From positions 2,666,001-2,730,000 of the forward strand of contig OY740814.1 in the NCBI GenBank assembly GCA_963514005.1: 64,000 nt of DNA, written 5' to 3'. Of the stretch, positions 1 to 12,859 are shown in pieces. Both the position numbers and the translations under genes were made by a program. Every line of letters begins with the position of its first letter. The stretch's first letter is position 1. Under the pieces are notes generated by a model. The model had not been told where the DNA came from. It made no database searches and saw only the letters and a program-made list of their open reading frames with translations. This DNA is from Raja brachyura (Eukaryota).

Positions 1-832
1 TACGGGTCGGCACGGATTCGGTGGGCTGAAGGGCCTGTTTCCACGCTGTATTTGTAAACTAAACTAAACTAAATATTAAAGTACAATAACAGAATGTGTA
101 GGAAGGAACTGCAGATGCTGGTTTACACCGAAGATAGACACAAAATGCTGGTGCAACTCTGCGGGACAGGCAGCATCTCTGGAGAGAAGGAATGGGTGAC
201 TTTTTGGGTCGAGATCCTTCTTCAGAAGTCTGAAAATGGGTCTTAACCCGAGACGTCACCCAATCCTTCTAACCTTCTATCCAGAGATGCTGCCTGTCCC
301 GCTGTGTTACTCCAGCATTATGTGTCTATCTATAATAACAGAAGAACTGAATGAGGTAGATAAACAACTAAGAGGTTGCATCAACAGCAATAAAATCATA
401 AGGTATTCTGTGTCTTGGTGTCGTTTGAGTTAAAGTTGTTGACAGACGCACAGCGAGACCTCCCCCAATCCTCTTCAGCTTGGGACACCAGATCCTTCCT
501 GCCCAGTTTTGGATAACGTCCCTACCCATGATGATGAATAAAATGATATCTTCTTCCAGGGCCAAGCCAATAAAGAAAAGGCACAGTGCATTTGAAAATC
601 TTCCAAAAAGAACACAAAGTTCAAAAACACTATTGATATAGGATGAAGAACTGAAATTCAATTCCATCTTTCATCTGCTAAAACATTTGTTGCAACAAAT
701 GAAGTGTAAAGGATTCCATGGTAATGCAACAGGAATTGGATAAGATCCCCCTATGCTGAAACCAATCCAAAATATGCAAAGACCCACTGAGATTCTGTGA
801 CTCGAAAGTTGCAAATTTGAAATACGTTTATC

Positions 833-1240
833 AGAGTCATGGACTCATACAGCGTGGAAACAGGCCCGTCAGCCCAACCTGCCCCCTCCGAACTACTTGC
901 CCCAGCTGCACTAGTCCCACCTGCATTGTTTGGCCAATATCTCTCCAAACCTGCCCTATCCATGTACCTGTCCAACAACCTCCTCCGGCAGCTTATTCCA
1001 TCCACCCACCACCCTTTGTGTGAAAATCTTTCCCCCCTCACCTGAAACCGATGTCCTCTGGTTCTTGATTCCCCTACTTCGGGCAAAACACTCTGTGCAT
1101 TCACTCTATCTAAACCTCTCACGATCGTGTACACTGCTATAAGGTCACCCCTCATCCTCCTATGCTCCAGGGAATAGAGTCCCAGCCTGCCCCAACCTCT
1201 CCCTGTAGATCAGACCCTCGAGTCCTGGCAACATCATCGT
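833..1240 (-). mobile_element. CR1/HER1 LINE 3' fragment
   Basis: MRGDLIAVYTIVRGLDRV...SRTRGHRF plus the 3' tail. Confidence 0.8.
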
Positions 1241-4200
1241 TATCAGGTATCATGTTGCTGCTTCTCTAATGTTTATACCAAGCCAATTAGCCTACAGACC
1301 TGCACGTCTTTGGAGTGTGGGAGGAAACCTGTGCACCAGGAGAAAACCCACGCGGTCACAAAGAGAACGTACAAACTCTGTACAGACAGCACCAGTGGTC
1401 AGGATCGAACCCGGGTCTCTGGCGCTGTAAGGCATCAACTCTACCGCCGTTCCACTGTGCCGGCTAAACGTAGCCAGCAGTGGTGACCATACCAGAGTAG
1501 TTCCAACCCCAATTTTGAGATGTTTGGGCCTTTTGTCCTGCCTTGCAATGTATATGTGGGTGGTCAGAGTGAACAGAAGCCAAGCTTGATAAATGGCTGA
1601 ACCATGTCCCTCAGGCTAAGGCACATGTTAAGCCTGTTAAGAACTATTTGTGTTTCTGAATGTTCCTGTCAAAAAGTATTAAAGTCATTAAAACCGCAAA
1701 TAAATTAAAAAATAATAATTTAGTTTCTTCAACGTTACGCATTTAAAATCAATTTTAAACTATTAAAACCATTTACGCTAAATTGATTAATTAGGGAGCA
1801 TAAATTGTGTTGTATTTGCCTCTGTTGCTCACACTGCAGTCCAAACCATTGAGGTATGCGGACAAATTCCTTTTGGAGCAGAGTTAGTGAATGGCAGGTA
1901 GACACAAAAGGCTGGAGTAACTCAGCGGGACAGGCAGCATCTCTGGAGAGAAGGAATGGGTAACGTTCCGGGTCAAGACCCTTCTTCAGACTGAGAGTCA
2001 GGGGAGATGGAGTCTAGGGATATGGAAGGGTAAGGTGTGAAAATAACAGATCAAAGCATATGATGATAAGGAAATGTAGCATGATTCATTGTTAGTTGAG
2101 GAGAAAATGACAATCAGTAATATTTAATCAGGAGGACTAGTCGGAGAACCTGGATGGGAGAGGGACGGTGAAAAAGGGAATGTAGGAGTCACCTGAAGTA
2201 AGGGAAATCAATATTCATACCGCTGGGTTGCAAGCTCAAGAAGGATTTCCCCCTCACTTGGTCATTGTGGCACAGCGCAGACCATCACATAAACCAACCT
2301 CTCTTCCCAGGACTCCATCTACCCCTTCCACATTCCAAAGACATACAGGTTTGTAGCTTCATTGGCTTGGTATAAATGTAAATTGGCCCTAGTGCGTGTA
2401 GGAAAGTGTTAGTGTGCGGGGATCGCTGGTCGGCGCAGACTCGGTGGGCCGAAGGGCCTGTTTCTGCGCTGTATCTCTGAACTAAGCTAAACTAAAATGC
2501 CAAAGAAGCTATTTCCCCATAGGTTGTTGCAGTGACAGGTTGACTCCTGGCTCGGGAAAAGCATTTGATGTTTGTCAAATTGATTATACATGTCGTTTAA
2601 AAGGAGTAAAATAAAAGCTTACATATGGATTGCCAACATCTCTGGAGGCATTTTGTGATTTTGGCCCCAAACGCAAAAATTCTCATTGACGATAGGAGTC
2701 AAGGCAAGTCCCAGATGAAACGTCTCCAGTGCAGTGAAAGACAATCTGTGCGGCCAAACAAATTTCCATGGACGTTTAATGGATTCAGTCCAAATGCTTA
2801 ATATCCAGCATCTCTGGAGAGAAGGAATGGGTGATGTTCCTGGCCGGTTTGGGTTGGATATTGATATCCTTTTATCACTATCTCTAGATGTCTGTCATCT
2901 GATCACTTTTCAATCAATTTAGCTGCATTGTTATGAATCCCAAAATGACTTAGAGTTAGACACGGAATCTGATTAACTTATTTTAAAAGAATGCATTGAA
3001 TGCATTCTTGAATGCAAGAATGCATTAGTTCACCTGTTCAATCACCTTCCCAAAGAGGATGAATGAGGGGGCCTAATGTCTCTCTGACCCTGGACCTGAT
3101 CTTGCTGTCATCTAGTGAACATTGATAGCATCAGGTACAAAGCTGCCCAGGCCTTTCCACTTAATATAAGTCTAACTTCAATCATACGCAGATGTTGAGA
3201 GAAAAGTCAAGATATCCTGACTTAGTCAAGGTGGAAGGTCTTGACTTTTTCTATTAAGACTTGATGCACTTCGTGGAAGACCATCTGCTGTCAGCACGTT
3301 CTCCCCGTGACCAGGTGGGTTTTCTCCGGGTGCTCTGGTTTCCCCCCACACTCCAAAGACGTGCAAGTTTGCAGGGTGATTGGTACGGTAAAATTGTAAA
3401 AATTATCCCTAGTGTGTAGGATAGTGTCAGTGTGCGGGGATTGCTGATTGGCGCGGACTCAGTGGGCCAAAGGGCCCGTTTCCGCTCTGTATCTCGAAAC
3501 TAAACTATCAAGTTTTCTATCAAGGACGAAATCTGGTGCACACAGTCTTCTATCTGGGTCAAGGTAGACGTCAAGGTAGAAAATCCCATATTTTCAGAAG
3601 ATGTGTAAAACAACCTTATCTTTCTACTCGGATTGGCGCAAGAGTTTTACTACATTGAGTATTGCAACGCATGTAGTTTGGGAGGTTTTGCTGCTCATTA
3701 AGGCAATTAACAGGGCAGCCTAGTGACATAGCCTGTAGAGTTACTGAGGGTAGAGTGAAGTTACTGCCTCACAGCCCCATTGACCGGATTCCATCCTGAC
3801 CACCAGTGCTGTGTCTGGTGTTTGCATGTTTTCCCTGTAACTGTGCAGATGTCCCTGGCTGCTGCAGTTTTCTCCCACGTTGCAAAGATCTGCAGATTGA
3901 TTAGTTAAATGGCCACTGTAAGTTGCACCTGGTTGCTCGGTGAGTGGTGGAATCTAGAGGGACAATCTGAGTTTCCTCCGGGTGCTCCGGCTTTTTCCCG
4001 TGTCCCAAAGATATGTGGGTTTGTAGGTTAATTGGCCTCTGTAAACGGTCCCTAGTGTGTGTGATAGAACCAGTGTATGAGTGATGTGTAGGAAGGAACT
4101 GCAGATGCTGGTTTAAACCGAAGATAGACAACTCAGCGGGACAGGCAGCGTCTCCAGAGAGAAGGAATGGGTGATGTTTCCTGGGACTTTCCCACTCCGC

Positions 4201-4914
4201 ACACACTAGGGACAATTTACAGAAGCCAATTAATCTACAAACCCGCACAAACCCCACGCAATCACAGCGAGAGCATGCAAACACCAGACAGACAGCAGCT
4301 AAGGTCAGGATCGAACCCGCGCTGCCCTAAAAGTTGCATGTCCTGCCTGATGTCTGTGCTTTGACTATTCAGATATAGGACTGTTGATAAACCTATGAAG
4401 TTTGCTTGAGATAAAAGGGATTCAAGAAATCCTTTGAAAGAATGTTTTGAGCATATTTTTCTGTCATGATTTTCTACGTGCCTGGTCAGCTGCCCATTGG
4501 TCTTGGCTTCTTGTTTCATGACGTCCCACTGTCTAAGGAGCCCGAGAACAAAGATGCTAGGAGCTGGGCTGATATACAAATCAAAGTGCTTATTAAACGT
4601 GGCCTTGGCAGAGGAAGATGAAAGAGCCAGCGTGGCAATGAGAGGGAGCTTGTTGATCTCGGCCTGCTTGGCTTTGCACGAGATGTATTGATTCTGTGCC
4701 CAGGGAGTGCCGATGAGTGTGTTATCGCAGCAGTGTGGAAGTACTGCCGGCCCTTGGTCAGAGGGGTCAGTGGGGCCGAGTTGTTTGAAGGTTTCCTGTG
4801 ACTGTGATCAACAACAGTTCCGGCAACGCAACAGAAGGTTTCCTCCTTTGTGAAAACAAAGCAGTTGCTGAGTACATCTCCCTCCAGTTTCACAGAACAC
4901 CTCGAGTAAAGTTA

Positions 4915-5212
4915 AACGTTTATAGATTACAGCACAGAAACAGGCCCTTCAGCCCACTGAGACCGCGCACACTTACACTATCCTACACACACTAGGGACA
5001 ATTTACACTTACACCAAGCCAATTAACCTACATACCTGTACGCCTTTGGAGTGTGGGAGGAAACTGAAGATCTCGGAGAAAACCCACGCAGGTGACGGGG
5101 AGAACGTACAAACTCCGTACAGCCAGCGCCCGTAGTCGGGATCGAACCCGGGTCTCCTTTGCTGCAAGTGCTATAAGGCAGCAACTCTACCGCTGCGCCA
5201 CCGTGACCGCCC
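4915..5212 (-). mobile_element. HE1-type V-SINE
   Basis: A and B boxes and V-domain on the minus strand. Confidence 0.85.
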
Positions 5213-5957
5213 AACAAGTGCTGGAGTAACTGAGCGGGTCAGGCATCTTCTCTGGAGAACATGGGTAGAGTCGTGGACATGGAGAATCATAGTCTGTGAC
5301 TCTATGCATGTTGTCCAGGGACAGATGACATTTTGGGTCTGTACCCATCTTTAGACTGATGTTCATTTAGGCATGTGTAGGACTTTTGATACTTAGTTCA
5401 GAGATACAGAATGTAAACAGGACCCTAGGCCCACTGATTCCGCACCGACCAACAATCACACCAGGGACAATTTACCAAAGCCAATTCATCTACAAACCTG
5501 AACGTCTTTGGAATGTGGGAAGAAACTGGGGCACCTGGAGAAAACCCACGCAGGTCACTAGGAGAATGCACAAACTCCGTACAGACAGCACCCGTAGTCA
5601 GGATCGAACCCGGGCCTCTGGCGCTGCACCACTAGTTTTGACTACATCTCAGAGCAGCATTAAAATATTTGAGGAATGCTACGTGCTATTTTTGGGATAA
5701 AATATTTAGCAGGATTCTTCCTGCTTTTCATTTGAATGCAAAAAAATTCCACAACGCGAGCATTCATAGAATATCCTGTGTCAGCATCAGCAGAAACAAA
5801 CTGGTCATTTACATTACTGCAGTTTCTTCCAGAGTGTTTCTATTGTCCCAAACAGAACAATGTCATTCTTACTTGCAACGGCACAGCAGAATATGTAAAC
5901 ATAGTACCCTGTGAAAATCTAATACTTTTCTAAAATGTTGTAAACGGCACGATTAGA

Positions 5958-6262
5958 GCGGCACGGTGGTGCAGCGGTAGAGTTGCTGCCTTATAGAGAC
6001 AGGTTAAATCCTGACTACGGGTGCTGTCCGTACGGAATTTGTACGTTCGCCCCGTGGCCCGAGTGGGTTTTCTCCAGATGCTGCGGTTTCCTCTTACACT
6101 CTAAAGATGTACAGGTTTGTAGGTTAATTGGATTAGTAAAATTGTAAATTGTCCCTAGTGTGTGTAGGATAGTGCTAGTGTGCGGGGATCGCTGGTCAGC
6201 ATAGACTCAGTGGGCAGAAGGGCCTGTTTCCGCACTGAATCTGTAAACTAAACTAAACCAAA
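5958..6262 (+). mobile_element. HE1-type tRNA-derived V-SINE, near full length
   Basis: A box tggtgcagcgg, degenerate B box, V-domain 'gtacgttc.ccccgtg...gggttttctcc', and a HER1-like tail with (taaac)n. Confidence 0.85.
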
Positions 6263-7899
6263 CCAATGCCCTGTGTAGTTGAGAGCTTATTTGGAGGTTG
6301 TACTGTTTAATAGTCTGATCACTGTAGGGAAGAAACTGTTCCTGAACCTGGATTTTGTTTTCAAGCACCGACATCTTCTTCCTGAATATTGGGTATTGCC
6401 AGTGCAAATTGGCTGTTAGATCTTCTTACTTCTCAATGGAATTATCCTTCAAGAAGAACTCTGAAGAAGGAAATACATCTTCCAAGAAAGGATTTAAAAA
6501 ATGGAAGATAGCTCCCATGCATTAACTTGTACGTGCAGGCAGTGGTGGTGTAACATGGTGTGGGAGTTGTGAATCTTTGGAATTGTCTGCCACAGAAGGC
6601 AGTGGAGGCCAATTCACTGGATGTATTCAAGAGAGAGTTAGATATAGTTCTTAGGGCTAACAGGGCACTGATTTAGGATGATCAGCCATGATCATATTGA
6701 ATGGTGGTGGTGGTGGCTCGAAGGGCCGAATGGCCTACTCCTGCACCTATTTTCTATGTTTTTATGTGAGACCATTCAAGCATTTGAAAGTGTAAACATT
6801 TCTCCGGTTGGGACAGGGACGGGCGACAAACCTATCATTTGGTGGTGGCACGGTGGCGCAGCGGTAGAGTTGCTGCCTCACAGCGCCAGAGGCCTGCCAT
6901 CAATCCTGACTACGGGTGCTGTCTGTACGGAGTTTGTACATTCTACCTGTGACTGCATGGGTTTTCTCCGGGTGCTCTGGTATCCTTCCACACTCCAAAG
7001 AGATGCGGGTTTATAGGTTAATTGGCTTCTGTAAATTGTAAACTGTCCCGAGTGTTCAATGATTCAATAGTTCTTTTATTGTCACGTGTACTAAAGGCAC
7101 AGTGAAATAAATGTTTGTGCATGAAGATTAGTGTGATTCTTGCCATACATAAAGACAATAGTGTTTAGGATAGTGCAGGAAATGGAGGGATATGGATCAT
7201 GTATAGACAGATGAGATCAGTTTGACGGCATCTGGTTTGGCACAGACATTGTGGGCCAAAGGGCCTGTTCCTGTACTGTTCTATGCTCACTGTGATGAGG
7301 TGGGGCAAATATGGTTTGACTGGAGTACAAAGACAATACATACCTGTTGCATCCAATTGCCAATTTCCATGTTTAAATGCTATGTAAATGCTTTCTTTGT
7401 CTTGCAAATATGAAACTTGTCATATCATTATCTCTTTGTTTGTTTTGATTTTGATCACAGTTTTAGATCCTATTAACTGGTATTATGTGCAAACATAGAA
7501 GTCACCCAGAAGGAACCCTTCACTTCCAAGAACCGACTGTTCGTGGAATTCCAAATGACGGATAAACAATAGGTGATAAATGTAGAAAAGCAAACCAAAG
7601 AGAATTTCAACTCAGTTCTATTTATTAATTTCCATATCTATGAAGTTGCAAATTTTATAAATGGATAATGATAATATAAATAGAAATAAAATGTTGGGAA
7701 GAATGACCCTAAAACACACATCCTTAAAAAAATATTAATTCTCAGTCCGCTTCAGAGCCTACTGACATTTATGTGGAATTCTGGTTTCTAGGTTTTGTTT
7801 AGATGTTCCTCATTTTTTATTTTTAAATCAGGTGCAACAAGGATATAATTGAATGGATATGACAATGTAGCTGCAAGCTGCAAGCGTACCAATAAATGA

Positions 7900-8335
7900 T
7901 CTACGAGGATGTTGCCAGGACATGAGGACCTGAGCTATAGGGAGAGGTTGGGCAGATGAGGACTTTATTCCTTGGAGCGCAGGAGGCTGAGGGGTCATCT
8001 TGTATGTCATCATGAGGGGAATAGAAAGGATAGATTCGCAGAGTCTTCCACCCTGAATCGAGGAATCAAAAACCAGAGGAAAGATTTGATAGGAGCCTGA
8101 GGGGCAACTTTTTCACTCAGAGGCTGGTGGGTGTATGGAACGAGCTACCGGAGGAGGTAGTTAAGGCAGATACTATTGCAATGTTTAAGAAACATTTAGA
8201 CAGGTACATAGATGGGACAGATTTGGAGGAATCTGGGCCAAACCCAAGCAGGTGGGACTAGTGTAGATGGGACATCTTGGTCGGCATGGGCAAGTTGGGC
8301 CAAAGGGCCTGTTCCCATGCTGTATATGACTATAA
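7900..8335 (+). mobile_element. CR1/HER1 LINE 3' fragment
   Basis: Decayed ORF2 end and 3' tail 'gggccaaagggcctgttcccatgctgtatatgac'. Confidence 0.8.
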
Positions 8336-8372
8336 AATCGGAATAATGTGATTGAATAGAAATGAGACTGAC

Positions 8373-8542
8373 CTTAATCACATCACCATCGCCGAGGCGG
8401 AAGGTTAACTTTGGGTCCCTGTCTATGATGGTTCCATCTTCCAGAACTCCCAGCAGCTTCATGGTGACCTCTTGGCCAAAGGTAGGCCTGGTCTCTTCCC
8501 CTTGCCCTTCCTTCAGTATTTGTTTCTGAAGAAGCCAATTGT
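8373..8542 (-). CDS. fkbp16: FKBP8-like (fkbp16-like) exon encoding the first half of the FKBP-type PPIase domain (DNWLLQKQILKEGQGEETRPTFGQEVTMKLLGVLEDGTIIDRDPKLTFRLGDGDVIK)
   Basis: Acceptor cttcacttttcag| and donor AAG|gtcagt flank a 170-nt exon. The translation aligns by eye with human FKBP8 '[57 protein letters not shown]'. Confidence 0.88.
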
Positions 8543-8772
8543 CTGAAAAGTGAAGATGATGGAATGGTTAATTGGCATCTGTTTCGGATGCAGTCGCCCC
8601 AACTAAAGTGAAGTAGGTATTGAGGAAACCAAACTTGACTGGCTAACCCAATTATACTGCAGGTTGCCTGGCAATCCAAGCAAAAGAACTGCAGATGCTG
8701 ATTACTACCAAAAATAGGCACAAAGCGCCTGCGAGGATCAGTGCCATTTTGGGTCGGGACCCTTCTTCGGAC

Positions 8773-9150
8773 GAATATAAAATTATAAAAGGACTGGACA
8801 AGCTAGATGCAGGAAAAATGTTCCCAATGTTGGGTGAGGCCAGAGCCAGGGGCCACAGTCTTAGAATAAAGGGGAGGTCATTTAAGACTGAGCTGAGAAA
8901 AAACTTTTTCACCCACAGAGTTGTGAATTTATGGAATTCCCTGCCACAGAGGGCAGTGGAGGCCAAATCACTGGATGGATTTAAGAGATAGTTAGATAGA
9001 GCTCTAGGGGCTAGTGGAGTCAAGGGATATGGGGAGAAGGCAGCCACGGGTTATTGATAGCGGACGAGCAGCCATGATCATATTGAATAACGGTGCTGGC
9101 TCGAAGGGCCGAATGGCCTCCTCCTGCACCTATTGTCTATGTTTCTATGA
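8773..9150 (+). mobile_element. CR1 LINE 3' fragment inserted into a Penelope pLTR palindrome
   Basis: YKIIKGLDKLDAGKMFP...RGHSLRI...FFTHRVVNLWNSLP with the tail 'ggccgaatggcctcctcctgcacc'. pLTR sequence flanks it on both sides. Confidence 0.85.
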
Positions 9151-9401
9151 CCTGAAACGACACCCAATCATTCTCTCGCGCTGAGTTACTCCAGCACTTG
9201 GTGTCTATCTTCACAAAAGCAACAGAGTTGTTCGCAAGCGGACGCATCTTGAAGCGTAACTATTCAGATTATTAGCAGCTGCTTACTCGTGACTTTGAAA
9301 ATAATTTTAAAAATATGTTGTCAAAATCACCAAGTAATGATCTCTAAACTTGTAACACACCAGTTACATGAAACAGATTGCCCACCTTGGGCAGACCGCG
9401 T

Positions 9402-9617
9402 NNNNNNNNNNNNNNNNNNNNNNNNNNNNNNNNNNNNNNNNNNNNNNNNNNNNNNNNNNNNNNNNNNNNNNNNNNNNNNNNNNNNNNNNNNNNNNNNNNN
9501 NNNNNNNNNNNNNNNNNNNNNNNNNNNNNNNNNNNNNNNNNNNNNNNNNNNNNNNNNNNNNNNNNNNNNNNNNNNNNNNNNNNNNNNNNNNNNNNNNNNN
9601 NNNNNNNNNNNNNNNNN
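9402..9617. other. Assembly gap (216 N) inside the FKBP-like intron
   Basis: Run of n characters. Confidence 0.99.
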
Positions 9618-10574
9618 AATCTGCACGGGAGGAAACCAGAGCACCCGGAGGAAACCCACGCAGTCACAGGGAGATCGTACAAACTCCGTACAGACAGCAC
9701 CCATGGTCAGGATTGAACCCAGGTTTTTGACGCTGTGTGGCGGCAACTCACCCGCTGCACCGCCGTGCTGCCACTCTCTACCACAATGCCAGGGTGTAAC
9801 CCAATTTTAAAAAAAACTGAAAATAGTGATTGAAAAGTTTTGTTCCAGCTTTTATTGGATCTTCGCCGAGAACCTCCTGAACAAAATGGGCTCCATTGCA
9901 ATCGGTGAGACTTGGGCCAAATAACGGCGTCTAACCATAAATTCCGTGGAGTGCTTTGGCGGCCGGTTTAGCCACGCCCACAGGCTGAACCGGCTGTCAA
10001 AACTTTCATGTTCAAAAGTAGTTTTTAAAATTCCATGTGGAGGTTAAAATGTTTCTAATTCAGCGGAAACTTTTTTTGTTTAATTGAGTGCAGCACAGTA
10101 GTGCAGCGGTAGAGTTGCTGGAGAGACCCAGGTTCGATCCTGACTACGGAGTTTATGACCGCGTGGGTTTTCCCTGGGTGCTCCGGTTTCGAAAGATAGA
10201 AAAAACAGGGGGTAAAATCCGAGAGCAGATTAGCCTCTTAGCTTGCAGTTGTCCTGAGACTAATGCTTCTTCTTCATCAGCAAGCCCTGAGTGCAGGAGC
10301 AATGTATCATACTTTCTGCTGGTAGTCCTGGCTGTGTCCAACTGCACATTTGGCCAAGGTTACACCTTAACCTAAGAGAAACACTAAATGCTGGAGTAAC
10401 TCAGCGATCAGATGTGTCTATCTTCGGTGTAATCCAGCATCCGCAGTACCTTTTTATTACACTACAACCTGTAAATTTATCCCCACTGTCAGCCTTAAGG
10501 TAATGTTGTACTAACTCTACAACAGTCACTGCTGTTTGGAATCTGTACATTTAAAAATTATATTTAGGCATTAG

Positions 10575-10850
10575 GAATACAACGTGGAAACAGGCCCTTC
10601 GGCCCATCGAGTCCATGCCAACCAGCGATCACCCCGCACACTCGCACTATCCTACACACCAGGGACAATTTACAATTTTACAGATGCCAATTAACCTGCA
10701 CGTCTTGGGAGTGTGGGAGGAAACCGGAGCGCCTACGCGGTCACGGGGAGAACGTACAAACTCCATACAGACAGCACCCGTAGTCAGGATGGAACCCGGG
10801 TTTCTGGCGCTGTGAAGCAGCAACTCTACCGCTGCGCCACCGTGCCACCC
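10575..10850 (-). mobile_element. HE1-type V-SINE
   Basis: A and B boxes, V-domain and tail on the minus strand. Confidence 0.85.
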
Positions 10851-11395
10851 TTTACCATATTTAATGGTAAAATTGTGAGCCGTGCAACATAACAAATACT
10901 GATTTAAAAATCCTGTAACCAGATTCCAGAGAAATGAAGTCACACAAATATAATTGCCTTGTAATTAAAGAAAATGCCTGTTTCAGAATTAGTCTCATGG
11001 AAAATGTTATTCACCATTGAAAATGTGTGTTTACTCCTGCGTTTGAGAACTTTCAATGCTTCCTGCTAACAATTAAAATGACTGAATGTTTTATCTATTT
11101 GTCAGGGTTCCAGAGAAATAAAATAATCATTTGAAAAATGAAGAAATTATACTTTTGGTAAACATTGTAAATTATGGTAAGAGAACATCTTTAATTACTT
11201 GTGATTTACAATGTTATCTCAGGCTTTCCTTTTTCAATATAATTTGTAAGATTTAAACAATAGGCTGATTTAATTTGTGCATTTGGATCCAGATGTTTAT
11301 GTACAGTTTACTGCTTTAGAAAATGGTCATTTCTATCTTAAAATGGAGATGAAAGCCAAATTATCCACTCAACAGATCAAGGGGTCAGTACTTGC

Positions 11396-11861
11396 CTGTG
11401 ATGCTAATCCAGTTCTGGGAGTGACAAGTATTCACACAAGTGCCGACACAACACTTTCCAAAATCGTCAATCTCAAAGAATGGAGCCAGTGAGTCATCGG
11501 CACCTGAAGCCCGTAGTGTGTTGGGTGGCAGCTGGAACCTGACGGCTTTGCACAACCTTCCAACTTTGTCCACTTTCGTTTGTTCTGCCTCTTCGGGTCC
11601 CGCTGATCCCATGTCGGACTCCTTAATGGTTTGCAAAGCTGCGTCATCAATGGGCTTTGCACCTTCGGCCCATGGCGCTGCGAGCGTGAGATGCTGTTTA
11701 TCCCTATCGACAACCATGGCCTCGCCATCTGGACAGGCTTTTTGTCGTGTACATGTCTGCGTCTTTTCCTCATCGACCCAATTATCACCCGGCTCTTTAT
11801 CCTCTTCCACCAAGGCCTGGCCATCTGGACAGCTCGACGAATGCACCCAGTTGATGAACAT
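11396..11861 (-). CDS. fkbp16: FKBP8-like (fkbp16-like) peptidyl-prolyl isomerase, large N-terminal coding exon (MFINWVHSSSCPDG...KAVRFQLPP...HSQNWISIT, phase 1)
   Basis: The open frame ends at ACA G|gcaagt (GC donor, 11395-11394) and joins the 8542 exon in phase, giving WISIT-D-NWLLQKQIL, which parallels FKBP8 '[14 protein letters not shown]'. The exon acceptor is probably ttgtgaacag|11970. The start codon and the paralog assignment (FKBP8 vs fkbp16) are uncertain. Confidence 0.72.
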
Positions 11862-12859
11862 CTCAACAAACCGACCCCTCCGTCCTCTCGGTCACTTGTT
11901 CCTGACTCGTAAAGTGTTGGAAGGTAACGCTCAGTTGCAGAGTCACTTGGAGGCCATGTCCATTAGTGTCCTGTTCACAAACTAAAGCCACACAATATGA
12001 GAAAGGGGTGAACTAGTTCAGCCCACAGACCAACATATACTCAGCACAGGCAGACAGCGATACACCGTGAAGAGCTAAAATGGTGTTACAAATCCACCAA
12101 ACAATGCCAGTAAGGTTTATGCAGGGATAATCTCTGCAGATTAGAGTGGGAAAATCCTGTCTACAAAGTATTAATCAAAGTTAATTATGTCAAGCAACCC
12201 ACAATTCCTTTCAGTTTTAAAAGAACAATTTTGGCTAAAAATAATTCCAAGTTTTGTACAATTGACGGCAGCTGATCCCAGCAGTATCTTTGATGGTGGC
12301 AGTATTACTCGGCACCTCTAATGCTCTGGAATGAAGCCAGGGTTTCCTGCCATTGCCCTCTGTAAGGCTACTCTATACATGCAAAAGCCCTGTTAATGAT
12401 GCTGGTTGATTGTCTCTTAGAACTGCATGTGAGATTCCAGAAGCAACAAAGGTCTGGAGATTTATAGACCTTTCGGGACTGGACCTGATCACCTGTTCCT
12501 TTTCCCCAGAGATGCTGCCTGACCCACCGATTTAATTATGTAGCTCTTGATTTAGTTTAGAGATATAACATGGAAACGGGCCTTTCAGTCCACCAAAGAT
12601 AGACACAAAGTGCTCGAGTAACTCAGCGGGTCAGGCAGCATCTCTGGAAAAAAAGGGGTAGGTGATGTTTTGGGTTGGGATCTTCCACTCCGAAGAAGGG
12701 TCTCGACCTGAAATGTCGCTCATCCGTTTTCTCCAGAGATGTTGCCTGACCCACAGAGTTACTCCAGCACTTTGTGTCTATCTTTGGTGTAAAGCAGCAC
12801 CTGCAGTTGCTTCCAATACATCAGAGGCCTCGATCCACTGAGACAGGCTGAGGGTGGTT

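Noticed and set aside
368-667. ORF containing 'ALEEDII', reminiscent of the next FKBP exon start
   Set aside because: There is no AG acceptor before ALEE, and the downstream residues do not match the FKBP domain.
4482-4795. Minus-strand 104-codon open frame with a possible acceptor and a weak GC donor, in phase with the 368-600 ORF
   Set aside because: It has no similarity to the expected next FKBP exon (ALxxxV..M..GE.A...Y.YG) or to any family I recognise, and the splice sites are weak.
9289-9810. ORFs spanning the N run
   Set aside because: Artefacts of the assembly gap.
11862-11963. Selenoprotein read-through of three in-frame TGA codons upstream of the FKBP ATG
   Set aside because: There is no Sec-typical context, no SECIS can be assessed in this window, and FKBP8-family proteins are not known selenoproteins.
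11432-11985. Overlapping alternative-frame (145 aa) and antisense (181 aa) ORFs over the FKBP exon
   Set aside because: They have no recognisable homology. Shadow ORFs are common over GC-balanced coding exons.
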